Shown piece after piece: positions 54,259-64,000 of a stretch of DNA of 64,000 nucleotides. The notes below the pieces were generated by a model that worked only from the letters and a program-made list of their open reading frames with translations, did no database searches and had not been told where the DNA came from. The stretch is from Rubripirellula sp. (GTDB lineage Bacteria; Planctomycetota; Planctomycetia; Pirellulales; Pirellulaceae). A program made the translations under genes and the position numbers. The DNA lies in the NCBI GenBank assembly GCA_965216875.1, contig OZ244207.1, positions 3,776,001 to 3,840,000 of the forward strand. The letters are read 5' to 3'. The first letter of the stretch is position 1; each line of letters starts with the position of its first letter.

Positions 54259-54927
54259 GTGACATCACCTTTGCTACGGACCACTCGGCTGGCCGCCGCA
54301 TACCGTCGATACCTTGCTTCGGCCGATGCCCCCACCTTTGCGTCCGAGGTCGACGAGTTCTACTCGGGAACAACGCTGGCGACGATGCTAGGCCGCGGCG
54401 ACGTGGAAACGCGACGTGCCGCTGCCCTGGCATTGGGAATGTTGGGAGATCGCCACTCGGTCGAACCTTTGGGGCGTGCACTGGCCGATTCTGATCGCGG
54501 CGTCCGTTTGGCTGCCGATGACTCTTTCCGTGCACTCCTTGTTCGCGATGCCGCCCCATTGCATCACCAACAACTATTGCAAGTGATGCACCTCAATGAT
54601 GGCGGCGAATACGCGGCAGCACTCGCCCCGACCATGATCTTGATTGATCAGGCACCGCTCTACACCGAAGCGCATCATCAGCTTGCGATCTGTTGGCACG
54701 GACTCGAAAACTACTTCCAAGCCGAAGCCGCATACAGTGCTTGTCTTTGGCATTGCCGTTTTCACTATCCCGCCTGGCAGGGATTGGCTCGTTGTCGCTT
54801 GATGCTTGGTGACAACAACGGAGCACTAAGCGCGTTGGAACGATGCGTCGATGTTTGCCCCGATACCGAAAACGCTCGTCTGCAGATTCGTCAAATCAAG
54901 CGGCGAATGCGTCAGACCGACGCTTGA
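54259..54927 (+). CDS. HEAT + TPR repeat protein
   Basis: RRAAALALGMLG..DRGVRLAA; TPR-like helices. Confidence 0.8.
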   Translation: MTSPLLRTTRLAAAYRRYLASADAPTFASEVDEFYSGTTLATMLGRGDVETRRAAALALGMLGDRHSVEPLGRALADSDRGVRLAADDSFRALLVRDAAPLHHQQLLQVMHLNDGGEYAAALAPTMILIDQAPLYTEAHHQLAICWHGLENYFQAEAAYSACLWHCRFHYPAWQGLARCRLMLGDNNGALSALERCVDVCPDTENARLQIRQIKRRMRQTDA

Positions 54928-54947
54928 AGTCCCTTCGACGACAGACC

Positions 54948-55205
54948 ATGAGACCTGACGAAGTCCTTGTCGGAACCATCGCGCTCACCCTCGCTGCCAT
55001 CGCTATGGTGATCGCATCCGGTCCGTGGCAAGCACCTTATGAGCTACGAACGATCAAAGCCGTACTGAGCCGCTTTGGCAAACCGGCTGCACGCGGGGTC
55101 TGGTTTCTTGTTGCCGTTGCGTCATTGATCGCAGGCGTCTCCATTCTCGGTGGCTTTCGCCCAAGCTACGCCGTTCCGGCCCACACCACGCAAGCCAACC
55201 CATAG
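54948..55205 (+). CDS. Small membrane protein
   Basis: Two hydrophobic helices, 85 aa. Confidence 0.7.
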   Translation: MRPDEVLVGTIALTLAAIAMVIASGPWQAPYELRTIKAVLSRFGKPAARGVWFLVAVASLIAGVSILGGFRPSYAVPAHTTQANP

Positions 55206-55234
55206 CGTTTCACCGTGCTATCACTCGGGCGTAA

Positions 55235-56253
55235 AGCTCTTAGCCCGGGGGGCGGAACAAGAACTGCCGGGGTCGTGAGACCCCGGACCTGAGTGCGAAG
55301 ATTGACTAAGCCCGGTGGGCGACACAATTCAAATCTGTCGCCCTGCGGGCTGAATCGATTCTGCTCGTATTCCGGTGGCTCACGCCACCGGCAGGCATAT
55401 GCCGGCCTCCGGCCTAAACGCCACCCGCGCAAGTAGCTCTTAGCCCGGAGGGCGGAACAAGAACTGCCGGGGTCGTGAGACCCCGGACCTGAGTGCGAAG
55501 ATTTGCTAAGCCCGGAGGGCGACACATTTCGAATCTGTCGCCCTCCGGGCTGAATCGATTCTGCTCGTATTCCGGTGGCTAACGCCACCGGCAAGAATAT
55601 GCCGGCCTCCGGCCTAAACGCCACCCGCGCAAGTAGCTCTTAGCCCGGAGGGCGGAACAAGAACTGCCGGGGTCGTGAGACCCCGGACCTGTGTGCGAAG
55701 ATTTGCTAAGCCCGGAGGGCGACACAATTCGAAGCTGTCGCCCTACGGGCTAAATCGATGTTGCTCGTATTCCGGTGGCTAACGCCACCGGCAAGCATAT
55801 GCCGGCCTCCGGCCTAAGCCCTACCGGCGCGGCAGCTCTCAGCCCGGAGGGCGGAATAAGAACTGACGGGGGCGTGAGCCCCCGGAACTGAATGCGAAGA
55901 TTGACTGAGCCCGAAGGGTGACACATTTCGAATCTGTCGCCCTCCGGGCTGAATCGATTCTGCTCGTATTCCGGTGGCTCACGCCACCGGCAGGCATATG
56001 CCGGCCTCCGGCCTAAACACGACCAGCGCGGCAGCTCTTAGCCCGGAGGGCGGAACAAGAACTGCCGGGGTCGTGAGACCCCGGACCTGAGTGCGAAGAT
56101 TTGCTAAGCCCGGGGGCGACACATTTCGAATCTGTCGCCCTCCGGGCTGAATCGATTCTGCTCGTATTCCGGTGGCTAACGCCACCGGCAAGAATATGCC
56201 GGCCTCCGGCCTAAACGCCACCGGCAGGCATATGCCGCGGCCGTCCGGCCTAA
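55235..56253. repeat. Tandem array of five ~200-bp palindrome-rich units (BIME-like)
   Basis: Unit starts at 55235, 55435, 55635, 55834 and 56033; each has several internal inverted repeats. Confidence 0.95.
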
Positions 56254-56300
56254 GCGAGTGTTTGTGGACGCTGCTTTCGCGGAGCGAAAGGCGACCTTGG

Positions 56301-56702
56301 TCAGGGCGTCGAGGTGGTCAGTTTGCTGCGAAAGAGCAGGCGTGCGATCAAGTAGCAGGCGATCGCCGAGAGCGCGCCGATGGAATCGGCAACGAAGTCC
56401 ATCACATCGGCGTAGCGGCCAGGCACAAATTGCTGAGTGAATTCGTCGGCCGCAGCATAGGCCATGACCAGAAGCGCGATCGATCCGAATCGCAACCACA
56501 AGCGATCTGAATTGGTGACGTAGCACATCAGCGTCGCCAATCCGAAAAACGCGACAAAGTGCTTGGCCTTGTCGTTTACCTTGGGGGAGATGTCGGCCAC
56601 CGCTGGCAAATGGGTTCCGACGAAAATGATGCCCCAATATGCGATGAGGACCACGACTCCCAGACGGAGTCCAAGTATCGTAATCTTCGTTACCGGTCGC
56701 AT
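56301..56702 (-). CDS. VanZ-family membrane protein
   Basis: DKAKHFVAF, YAAADEFTQQFVPGR..DFVADSIG. Confidence 0.85.
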   Translation of the reverse strand: MRPVTKITILGLRLGVVVLIAYWGIIFVGTHLPAVADISPKVNDKAKHFVAFFGLATLMCYVTNSDRLWLRFGSIALLVMAYAAADEFTQQFVPGRYADVMDFVADSIGALSAIACYLIARLLFRSKLTTSTP

Positions 56703-56730
56703 CACCGAGCCTCGAATCGGGTAGGCTGGA

Positions 56731-57507
56731 ATGTTCGACACGACAAAATCCCTCCCCTCCCAAGAACTTGCTTCGCCGAAGGTATCCATCGTGAATCGCA
56801 GCCCATTTGGCCAGTCAATTTCATTCTTCGTGGCAACAGTTTTTCTTTCGGCATCTCTCGCCAGCGGCGCCTTCGCGGGTGACGAACCGGCGAAACCGAC
56901 CAAGAAAAAGGCAGACCAAGCCAAACTCGAATGGAAACCTCTTAAAGGCTCGTGGAAAGAATGCCAGTTTGGTGGTGATGGTCCGATCGAAATCACCGAC
57001 AAGCTGATCAAGGTGGAAATCGGCGACCCGCTCACCGGGATCCAGTGGACCGGTGACGTGGTCCGCGAGAATTACGAAGTCGAACTCGAAGCGCGCCGAA
57101 CCGACGGCTTTGACTTCTTTTGCGCCCTCACCTTTCCCGTCGGAAAAGACCATGTCAGCTTTGTGCTCGGCGGCTGGGGCGGAGGGATCGTCGGCATCTC
57201 GAGCATCGACGGACGAGATGCCAGCGACAACAAAACGACGATGTTCCAGAGCTTCGACGACAAAAAGTGGTACAAGATCCGCGCTCGCGTCGACGCGCAC
57301 CAGATCCAATGCTGGATCGACGATGTCCCCACCTGCGAACAAGTCCGCAAAGGCCACGAATTCGACATTCGCTACGAAATGGATCCTTGCACGCCGCTCG
57401 GATTGGCGGCCTTTCAGTGCGATGCCGAGTATCGCAACATTCGCTGGCGAAAACTGACCGACAAAGAAATCGCCGCCGCCAAGAAGCTGGCAAAAGAAGA
57501 GGAATAG
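56731..57507 (+). CDS. Secreted DUF1080 (3-keto-disaccharide hydrolase-like) protein
   Basis: NYEVELEARR..DFFC.LTFPV..LGGWGGGIVGISSIDG. Confidence 0.82.
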   Translation: MFDTTKSLPSQELASPKVSIVNRSPFGQSISFFVATVFLSASLASGAFAGDEPAKPTKKKADQAKLEWKPLKGSWKECQFGGDGPIEITDKLIKVEIGDPLTGIQWTGDVVRENYEVELEARRTDGFDFFCALTFPVGKDHVSFVLGGWGGGIVGISSIDGRDASDNKTTMFQSFDDKKWYKIRARVDAHQIQCWIDDVPTCEQVRKGHEFDIRYEMDPCTPLGLAAFQCDAEYRNIRWRKLTDKEIAAAKKLAKEEE

Positions 57508-57509
57508 GC

Positions 57510-57655
57510 CGTAGGCCGGATCAAGAAGCGACAGCGACGCAGATCCGGCATTTGTCAGTACCTGCCACGCTCTGGCGAGCGTAGCCACCGTTTGTCGTCC
57601 CGCCTTTAGGCGGAAGGGCCTGAAGATTCCGGCTAAAGCTCGGTACTACGAACTC
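57510..57655. repeat. Composite REP cluster (three families)
   Basis: GTAGGCCGGATCAAG..GATCCGGC, CCACGCTCTGGCGAGCGTAG and CCGGCTAAAGCTCGGTACTACGAAC units; inverted counterparts at 60949-61072. Confidence 0.8.
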
Positions 57656-57714
57656 GGCCTGGCGAAGTGTACCTACCGCTTACGCGATTGGGCCGGACTG
57701 ACTAAAACGACGTC

Positions 57715-58203
57715 ATGGATGCACTTTCAAAGTCAATCAACGACGCCGACGCCTATTACATGTCTCGCGCTCTCGAGCTTGCGGTCGAGGCAGTTTCGGC
57801 CGACGAAGTGCCGGTGGGAGCGATCGTCGTCCTTGACGGCTCCATCATCGGCGCCGCCTCCAACCAACGCGAATCGCTGAGCGATCCGACGGCTCATGCG
57901 GAAATGATCTCCATCACCCAGGCTGCGGCCGCCATCGGCGATTGGCGATTAGAGCGAGCGACTCTTTACGTGACGCTGGAACCATGCATCATGTGCTCAG
58001 GGGCCATCCTCCAGGCTCGAGTGCCTCGGATCGTCTACGGAGCGTCCGATCCGAAGGGAGGAGCCGTTGAGAGCATGTACGAGCTGCTGCAGGACAAACG
58101 CTTGAATCACCAATGCGACGTCACTGGTGGCGTCCTGGCCGAGCCCTGTGGGCGGATTCTGACCGAATTCTTTGCAAGCAAACGGGCAATGGGCAAAAAG
58201 TAG
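57715..58203 (+). CDS. tadA: tRNA adenosine(34) deaminase
   Basis: [37 protein letters not shown]. Confidence 0.93.
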   Translation: MDALSKSINDADAYYMSRALELAVEAVSADEVPVGAIVVLDGSIIGAASNQRESLSDPTAHAEMISITQAAAAIGDWRLERATLYVTLEPCIMCSGAILQARVPRIVYGASDPKGGAVESMYELLQDKRLNHQCDVTGGVLAEPCGRILTEFFASKRAMGKK

Positions 58204-58483
58204 CGGCTCAAAAAGGCTGTTAATGTATGCCGGTTCTGCAGATTCTCGGACTTTTGCAGTTTTGCGAGCCAAACAGGCTAAGCCTTTTCTATCCAACAGA
58301 CCGATACTACCCGCACAACCCGAACTCATCGCGCTCATTGCGCGGCTGGGCTGTGAGTCGAAAACGGCTCAAACACAGCACAACGAGTTATGGGCGACAG
58401 GCTCGCGTCTGAGCACGGACGCAACAGATTGTGGCGGGGGCCACTTTCTGATCGAGAACAATTGCAAGACGGTGGAACAAGCG

Positions 58484-59644
58484 ATGTCGGTAAGGAAGCT
58501 GACTGCAGGACTCCTCACAGCCCTAGCGCTGCTTGGCGGGGTCACAAAAACTCATGCACAGCAACATGTGCCGGTGGCTGATCCATTCGAGTTCGATCCC
58601 GACTTTCACTGGTTCGAGCCCGTTTACGAAGCGGATCTGATCGATATGAAGCCCAAGAAGCGGGCTGCTACCGGTTGGTTCGCGACCTACGATCGGCTGA
58701 ACCTGTACACCTCGCGTCCCGAGCTCGATGCGCCTCCGATCAGCATTTCGGAGGTTCGAGTCGACAGTGGCTGGGGTCACCGATACGAGGTCGGCTACAT
58801 GCTGCCCGATGACGACACTGGTTTTGTCTTCAACTGGACCAGCAACGGCGTCGGTGCCTTCAACCAACTGCGTCGTGAGCGATTGAACCGAGTCAACTTG
58901 AATGATTTGGCAGGCACGCCTGACAACCCCGGGCCTCCCTTTGGCTTCGGCGAACCAGCTGCTGAGCGAAACAACCTCGGTTACAACACTCGTTTCTACG
59001 ACATCACCGACACCGAGAACCTGGTTAACTTCGACAGCTACGAGCTGAACAAGACTTGGCGTTTGGAGCCGTATCACTACGGCGGCATCTTGGAGCCATT
59101 GGTTGGTCTCCGCTGGATGCGAATCCGAGACACCAACGGAAACCAAGTCTACACATCGAGCTTGGACGGTAACCTGGCTTTGGCCGACAGCGAAAGCTTG
59201 TTGACCAACACCGCGATCACCAAGAATGAGATGTTCGGCGGCAACCTCGGCTTCCGCTACTTCAAGTTCCGCGATCGATTCACCTTCAACGCAGAATTCA
59301 AAGCCTTCTTCGGCGGTAGCTGGCAGAACACTCGTGCCAGCGTCCACGAAGTCATCACGTCCTACGACGCGACCGGCACCGACGCTCAAGTGGTTTCGAT
59401 CATCACACGGGAGCCGTTCGACCCTCGATTCGCTCGAAACGAAACCTTCATGGTTGGCTTCGACGTGAAGGGGAGCGTTGGCTACCAACTGACCAAACAG
59501 GTTTCGATCCGAGCCGGTTTCCAAGTCATCGACGTTGCTCGCGGTGTTTGGCGAGGCGGTAACGGCGACTTCATCGTCGGCGGCAGCAAAGACCAAGACT
59601 TGCTGATGTTCGGTGGCACATTCGGGATCAACCTGAACCACTGA
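58484..59644 (+). CDS. Planctomycete outer-membrane beta-barrel protein (BBP7-like)
   Basis: Signal peptide, alternating beta strands, C-terminal FGGTFGINLNH. Confidence 0.72.
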   Translation: MSVRKLTAGLLTALALLGGVTKTHAQQHVPVADPFEFDPDFHWFEPVYEADLIDMKPKKRAATGWFATYDRLNLYTSRPELDAPPISISEVRVDSGWGHRYEVGYMLPDDDTGFVFNWTSNGVGAFNQLRRERLNRVNLNDLAGTPDNPGPPFGFGEPAAERNNLGYNTRFYDITDTENLVNFDSYELNKTWRLEPYHYGGILEPLVGLRWMRIRDTNGNQVYTSSLDGNLALADSESLLTNTAITKNEMFGGNLGFRYFKFRDRFTFNAEFKAFFGGSWQNTRASVHEVITSYDATGTDAQVVSIITREPFDPRFARNETFMVGFDVKGSVGYQLTKQVSIRAGFQVIDVARGVWRGGNGDFIVGGSKDQDLLMFGGTFGINLNH

Positions 59645-59688
59645 TACAGGAACCAAGTTCCAGTCAAGCAAGCCTGTACCCAACCATC

Positions 59689-59732
59689 GAAAACGGCCTT
59701 GCCAGATCAGTCTGGCAAGGCCGTTTTTCTTT
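59689..59732. terminator. Bidirectional Rho-independent terminator
   Basis: AAAACGGCCTTGCCAGA-TCAG-TCTGGCAAGGCCGTTTT perfect stem between convergent genes. Confidence 0.88.
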
Positions 59733-59772
59733 GTTCATTTCAAATGGCTTGGACGTCGGGATTTGACGCGGG

Positions 59773-59955
59773 CTAGTTCTTGGTAGCCAAATCTCGCAAT
59801 TCGTCCAATTCAACGGTCAGGCGGTGTCGAAGTGGGCTTTCGGGGCGAAGTTCCTCTTCAAGCAGCTCTTCCGCCTTCTCGAACGTCTCTTCGTCGCGTT
59901 TCGGGTCATTCATCAACTTGCGAAACATTTTTTCGACGGTGGACTCAGTAAGCAA
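59773..59955 (-). CDS. Small acidic helical protein
   Basis: AAGGAG RBS ahead of a TTG start; 60 aa. Confidence 0.75.
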   Translation of the reverse strand: MLTESTVEKMFRKLMNDPKRDEETFEKAEELLEEELRPESPLRHRLTVELDELRDLATKN

Positions 59956-60123
59956 AGCATTCTCCTTAGCAGGCGATTGTCGGGTCGGGCGTCTTTTTGC
60001 ACTTCAAACGCCCATTCGCCAAGACTGTGTTGGCAGGTTCGGTGTAACGTCGATTTTAGAAAACGAAGGGACCGTCGCAAGGGCTAACTTTTCGTCATCT
60101 TGCTCAACCAGTCCAACTCAGCC

Positions 60124-60813
60124 CTAGGGTTTGGCGTATCCGTCGCGATCCGCAATCAAATTGACCGGCAAATGGCTCACAGAATTGAACCAGTCGAGGG
60201 TCCAGGTTTCCCCATCTAGGGAAAGCCGGGTAACACCGACGTTCAACAGAGGGCCGAGCGAATCGACGTTGATTTGCGTGAGTAAACGCCTCAACAAGAG
60301 CCGCTTAATGTCTGCATGCATCACGATTGCGACAACTTTTCCACTACCCCCAAACTGATCGACAATCCGATCGGCAAGTGAATCCACCCGGCATTCAGCC
60401 TCGGAATCGGTCTCCCGGTTTCGACCAAACCACCAGCCTTGTTCGCCAATCGTGTCGTCAACCACGCACTTGCATTCGCCAAAGAAGCCTTCAATCGCGG
60501 CGCGCCCCATACCCGCGGCTCCGACCGCACTGTGACCGAAACCGCTGTAGCAGCCGCCTCGTTCGAAAACGTCGTGCCAGACAAACACTGTCTGCGGGTT
60601 GCGTTCGATGATCGGACGAGTCGTTTGAAGGGTCCGCAAAAACGGGCTCGTGATCAGCACGTCCGGCTCAAGCGCTTCCATCCAGCGAGCCAAATGGTCC
60701 GCTTGAAGCTGCCCCTGGGGGGATATCGGAGGGTCTTCTTCGCGCAAATGCTCGGCGCGAGCGTTGTTGGCACTCTCGGCGTGTCGGATCAAATAGAGCT
60801 TCATCGCGTTCAC
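60124..60813 (-). CDS. Histidine phosphatase (phosphoglycerate mutase family)
   Basis: LYLIRHAES, SPFLRTLQT, VMHAD, N-x-x-x-H-L. Confidence 0.88.
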   Translation of the reverse strand: MNAMKLYLIRHAESANNARAEHLREEDPPISPQGQLQADHLARWMEALEPDVLITSPFLRTLQTTRPIIERNPQTVFVWHDVFERGGCYSGFGHSAVGAAGMGRAAIEGFFGECKCVVDDTIGEQGWWFGRNRETDSEAECRVDSLADRIVDQFGGSGKVVAIVMHADIKRLLLRRLLTQINVDSLGPLLNVGVTRLSLDGETWTLDWFNSVSHLPVNLIADRDGYAKP

Positions 60814-61109
60814 TCGCTGGTCGTTTTATTTTGCCCGCCGCAACGACGGTCGCCAGAACCATCAGCCGAAACGCGATAGCGTGCGGTTTTCTTATCCACG
60901 CCTCGTTTCATAACCGCGAGCTATCGCTCAGCGGCTGATGTGCGAGACGTTCGTAGTACCGAGCCTTAGCCGGAATCTTCAGGTTCTTCAGCCCCTAGAC
61001 GTACGGGGGGAATACAAACCGGCGTTTGATGACGCCGGATCAGCGTCGCTGTCGCTCCTTGATCCGGCCTACGAGCTGTGGGCCGGTCCAACATCGAGGG
61101 GACCCCACG

Positions 61110-61388
61110 TCAGTTCTGGGAGGAGCGTTGAGAGAAACGGGTTCGCACGTAGTCGATCATCATCCACTGAACCACAACCAGTACGACGGGAACGAGGAAC
61201 AACATGAACTGAGAAAACTGGGGCTTCTGAATCCACTGCGGTCCGGACTTTGCCGCCACTGTCAGGATCGCCATTACGAGCGAACCATTGATGAACAACA
61301 ACAAACAGGTCAACAGAGCCGAACCGAACGCCATCAGGCATCCGGCCGTTATCGTGTTCCGTTCGTTTGTCTCTGAATGTGCGTTCAC
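61110..61388 (-). CDS. Small membrane protein
   Basis: Two TM helices; directly downstream of the permease. Confidence 0.7.
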   Translation of the reverse strand: MNAHSETNERNTITAGCLMAFGSALLTCLLLFINGSLVMAILTVAAKSGPQWIQKPQFSQFMLFLVPVVLVVVQWMMIDYVRTRFSQRSSQN

Positions 61389-61396
61389 GCGCCAAC

Positions 61397-63280
61397 CTAC
61401 ATCGGAAGGACTTGGCTAAGTGCGATCGTGGTCCCGAGTGAGACCAACGCCAACACGGCCAGCAGTGGAGTCCAGCTTCGCAGCGATTCCCCTTCGGTCA
61501 AACCGCCCATCTTCGTGAACACCCAGAAACCACTATCGTTCATCCAACTGCCCAACAGCGATCCCGACCCAACCGCTGCCGCAACATACACCATGTTGTA
61601 CTCCGGTTTGGCGTCACCAATGATCGCCGCCATCATGCTGGCGCCGATGATCATCGCCACGGTGCTACTGCCTTGAGCAATCTTGAGAACCGAAGCGATG
61701 CCAAAAGCGAGCAGCAACAAACCAACTCCGGCCGCATCGGCACCGGTGAAATAGTCCTTGATCGTGTCGCTGATGTGGGTCGCCGTCAGCATGGCGCCAA
61801 ACGCCCCCCCAGCTGCGGTGATCAAGATAATCACACCACCACTCATCAGTGATTCCTCGACGTCATCGCCGAGGCTACGCCAACTCAGCTTGCGTACTTT
61901 CTTGAGCGTTAACATCGCGACGATCGCCGCCAGCAGCAACGCAAAGTTCGGATTGCTCCACAAACCGAGTCCATCCGAAACCGATCGCTTGGGCGAATCC
62001 CACTCGTGCTTGTTGATCAAATCAGGAAACGCAGCTTCGATCAAGTTTCGATTCATCCGCCGCGCGTCGACCGGCTTCATCCGTTGCTTGTCAGCCGAAA
62101 TCTTCGACTTGGCTGGTCCAGGAATCATCACACCGGTGTATGCCGCTTCGTCGTACATGTCGACATCAAGCAAGACGGCGTTGAGTGCATTGACGACCTG
62201 TCCTTTCGATTCATCGTCCGTCGCTGGCGTGGTCAGCGTTTCCCGCTGAGCGTCAGAGAGCTTGCTGCTCGCCATGATGCGTCCGGCGGGCGAATCGGGC
62301 TCGGCCGACGCGAGCGTGGTAGCCAGTTGGTCATAGTTTTGAATATCGGCGACCGAGAGTTTTGCGCGATCCTCAGCATCGGCCAATGTCATCGCAACCG
62401 TGCCGGCAAAGATCAAACAGACCGGCAAGATCACGGGCAACAAGGCAACGCCAAGCGAGGGCAACTTGTCTTCGGGCAACGTGTCATGCTTCTCCTCGCC
62501 ACTACCAAGCGGTCGCATCTCAACGGGCATCTTGGCGTCGAGAACGTGCGAGAAAACCAATCCGACCATTGCGGCAGGAATCGCAACCATCGCGCCGACG
62601 ATCATCATCATGCCGATATCAACGCCAAGGATCGCCGCCACCAGAAGTGGTCCAGGTGTCGGCGGCACCAAAGTGTGAGTGATCGCGCCACCGGTGGCGA
62701 TCGCCATCAGGTACCGCAAGTAGTTCTTGCCCGTCCGCTTGTACAAACTGCGAGCCAGCGGAACGAGCAAGTAAAAGACGGTGTCAAAGAAGACGGGAAC
62801 GGCGAGGATAAATCCGCTGATCATCAGACCAAACGAAGCCTTCTTTTCGCCGGTCACTTTCACGGCGCTTCGCACCACGCGGTCGGCCGCACCACTATCA
62901 AGCATGCACTTGCCGATGATCGCGGCCATCGCGATCACGATCCCGATCCCACCTGCAGACTTTCCGAAAGCGCTAACGACCGCCCCCATGCGGCTGCCGG
63001 CAGCTTCGCCATCAACAAAGCCGACCCCAAGACTGACGATCAATGCCGAAATGATCAGCGCCAGGAAGGCGTTGAGCTTGAGGCCGATGATCATGGCCAG
63101 GACCGAGACGATCCCAATCGTCAACAGAACCACAGGCGTCGTGTCGATCGGGGCGGCCGCATCCGCGGAAACAGCCGCCGGCTCGGCGACCGACGCGGCA
63201 TCTTGCGCCAACAGATTCGGCGCGACAAAGCCGATCAAGAAAATCCAAATCAAACCGATCGAAAAGTGTGATGCACGCAT
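61397..63280 (-). CDS. GntP-family permease with large soluble insertion
   Basis: LNAFLAL, PVFFD, THTLVPPTPGP, ITAAGGAFG, AQGSSTVA, MNDSGFW. Confidence 0.88.
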   Translation of the reverse strand: MRASHFSIGLIWIFLIGFVAPNLLAQDAASVAEPAAVSADAAAPIDTTPVVLLTIGIVSVLAMIIGLKLNAFLALIISALIVSLGVGFVDGEAAGSRMGAVVSAFGKSAGGIGIVIAMAAIIGKCMLDSGAADRVVRSAVKVTGEKKASFGLMISGFILAVPVFFDTVFYLLVPLARSLYKRTGKNYLRYLMAIATGGAITHTLVPPTPGPLLVAAILGVDIGMMMIVGAMVAIPAAMVGLVFSHVLDAKMPVEMRPLGSGEEKHDTLPEDKLPSLGVALLPVILPVCLIFAGTVAMTLADAEDRAKLSVADIQNYDQLATTLASAEPDSPAGRIMASSKLSDAQRETLTTPATDDESKGQVVNALNAVLLDVDMYDEAAYTGVMIPGPAKSKISADKQRMKPVDARRMNRNLIEAAFPDLINKHEWDSPKRSVSDGLGLWSNPNFALLLAAIVAMLTLKKVRKLSWRSLGDDVEESLMSGGVIILITAAGGAFGAMLTATHISDTIKDYFTGADAAGVGLLLLAFGIASVLKIAQGSSTVAMIIGASMMAAIIGDAKPEYNMVYVAAAVGSGSLLGSWMNDSGFWVFTKMGGLTEGESLRSWTPLLAVLALVSLGTTIALSQVLPM

Positions 63281-63522
63281 CCGTGGCCCATTGCTGGTGG
63301 TGGTCTTAAGAAAAGGTCGTGTGATGTTTTGGTGCAGATTCTAATCGCAATGCACCGGCAAATGTGTTCTTCGCCGCTCGTTTCAGGCTGTCGATCCGTT
63401 TTCGATCGACTGGTGGTCGACCAAACACCCCGCCTCGCCCAGTGGACCGTTCTGGCTTTATCATGAACACGTCACACAAACCAACCACCTATGCCCCACA
63501 AGCACCCCGCTTAAATAAAACA

Positions 63523-64000
63523 ATGAGCGAATTCCGAACCGAACACGACTCGATGGGCGACGTCCAAGTACCCTCAGATGCCTACTACGGCGCCCAGACT
63601 CAGCGCGCGGTCGAGAACTTTCCAATTTCAGGGTGGCGCCTACCACCCGCCATGATCTCGGCCATGGGCATGGTCAAGTATGCATGTGGCGTCGCCAATC
63701 GAGACCTCGGCAAACTGACCGGTTCCGGCAAGAACCCACTCGACGATGCCCAAGTCGAAGCACTGCTGCAAGCGGCCGACGAAGTCGCTCAAGGGGAACT
63801 CGCGGATCAATTCCCGATCGATGTCTTCCAAACCGGCAGCGGCACCAGCAGCAACATGAATGTCAACGAGGTGATCAGCAATCGAGCCACCGAAATCGCC
63901 GGTGGCGATCGGCTGTCGGCTGAAAAGCTCGTCCACCCCAACGACCACGTCAACATGGGGCAGAGCACCAACGACACCTTCCCAACGGCAATTCATGTTG
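63523..64000 (+). CDS. fumC: Class II fumarate hydratase, 3'-truncated by window edge
   Basis: [65 protein letters not shown]. Confidence 0.9.
   Translation, partial: MSEFRTEHDSMGDVQVPSDAYYGAQTQRAVENFPISGWRLPPAMISAMGMVKYACGVANRDLGKLTGSGKNPLDDAQVEALLQAADEVAQGELADQFPIDVFQTGSGTSSNMNVNEVISNRATEIAGGDRLSAEKLVHPNDHVNMGQSTNDTFPTAIHV

Noticed and set aside
55400..55420. GCCTCCGGCCTAAAC resembling part of a c-di-GMP-I riboswitch
   Set aside because: It is part of the tandem repeat unit; the upstream GCAAA/GAAA-tetraloop elements are missing.
55235..56253. CRISPR array
   Set aside because: Whole ~200-bp units are repeated with no unique spacers, and there are no cas genes.

Overview
64-kb chromosomal window from a GC-rich planctomycete (Pirellulaceae-like; inferred from gene content, a BBP7-type barrel, SHD1/DUF1080/prenyltransferase-repeat proteins and dense GTAG/CGTC REP clusters). 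Most genes are housekeeping or metabolic: mqnA/mqnC, a DHPS-like methanopterin gene with pabB, a tsaC-phosphatase fusion with rpiB and holB, aroB, accB/accC, two trans-sulfuration enzymes, cca, tmk, eno, ribE, rsmA, tadA, gntP and fumC. No rRNA, tRNA, CRISPR array or transposase was seen. Main observations: (1) two genes about 5.6 kb apart each carry an in-frame UGA at a redox-motif position (U-P-P-C in a secreted thioredoxin-like/SHD1 protein; U-G-S-L-C followed by an fdhF-like SECIS hairpin). They flank an ECF sigma factor whose anti-sigma has a CxxC domain, which suggests a hidden selenoprotein/redox envelope module. (2) An unannotated, promoter-led, densely base-paired ~370-nt RNA at 33.75-34.13 kb has mutually exclusive helices. 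(3) A SAM-II/SAM-V-like riboswitch precedes the methionine genes. (4) A thioredoxin has a canonical sigma54 promoter and a divergent enhancer-binding protein. (5) An AGGAG-loop terminator hairpin is a candidate sRNA. (6) There is a 5x200-bp palindromic tandem array. All calls come from reading the sequence; no database searches were run.
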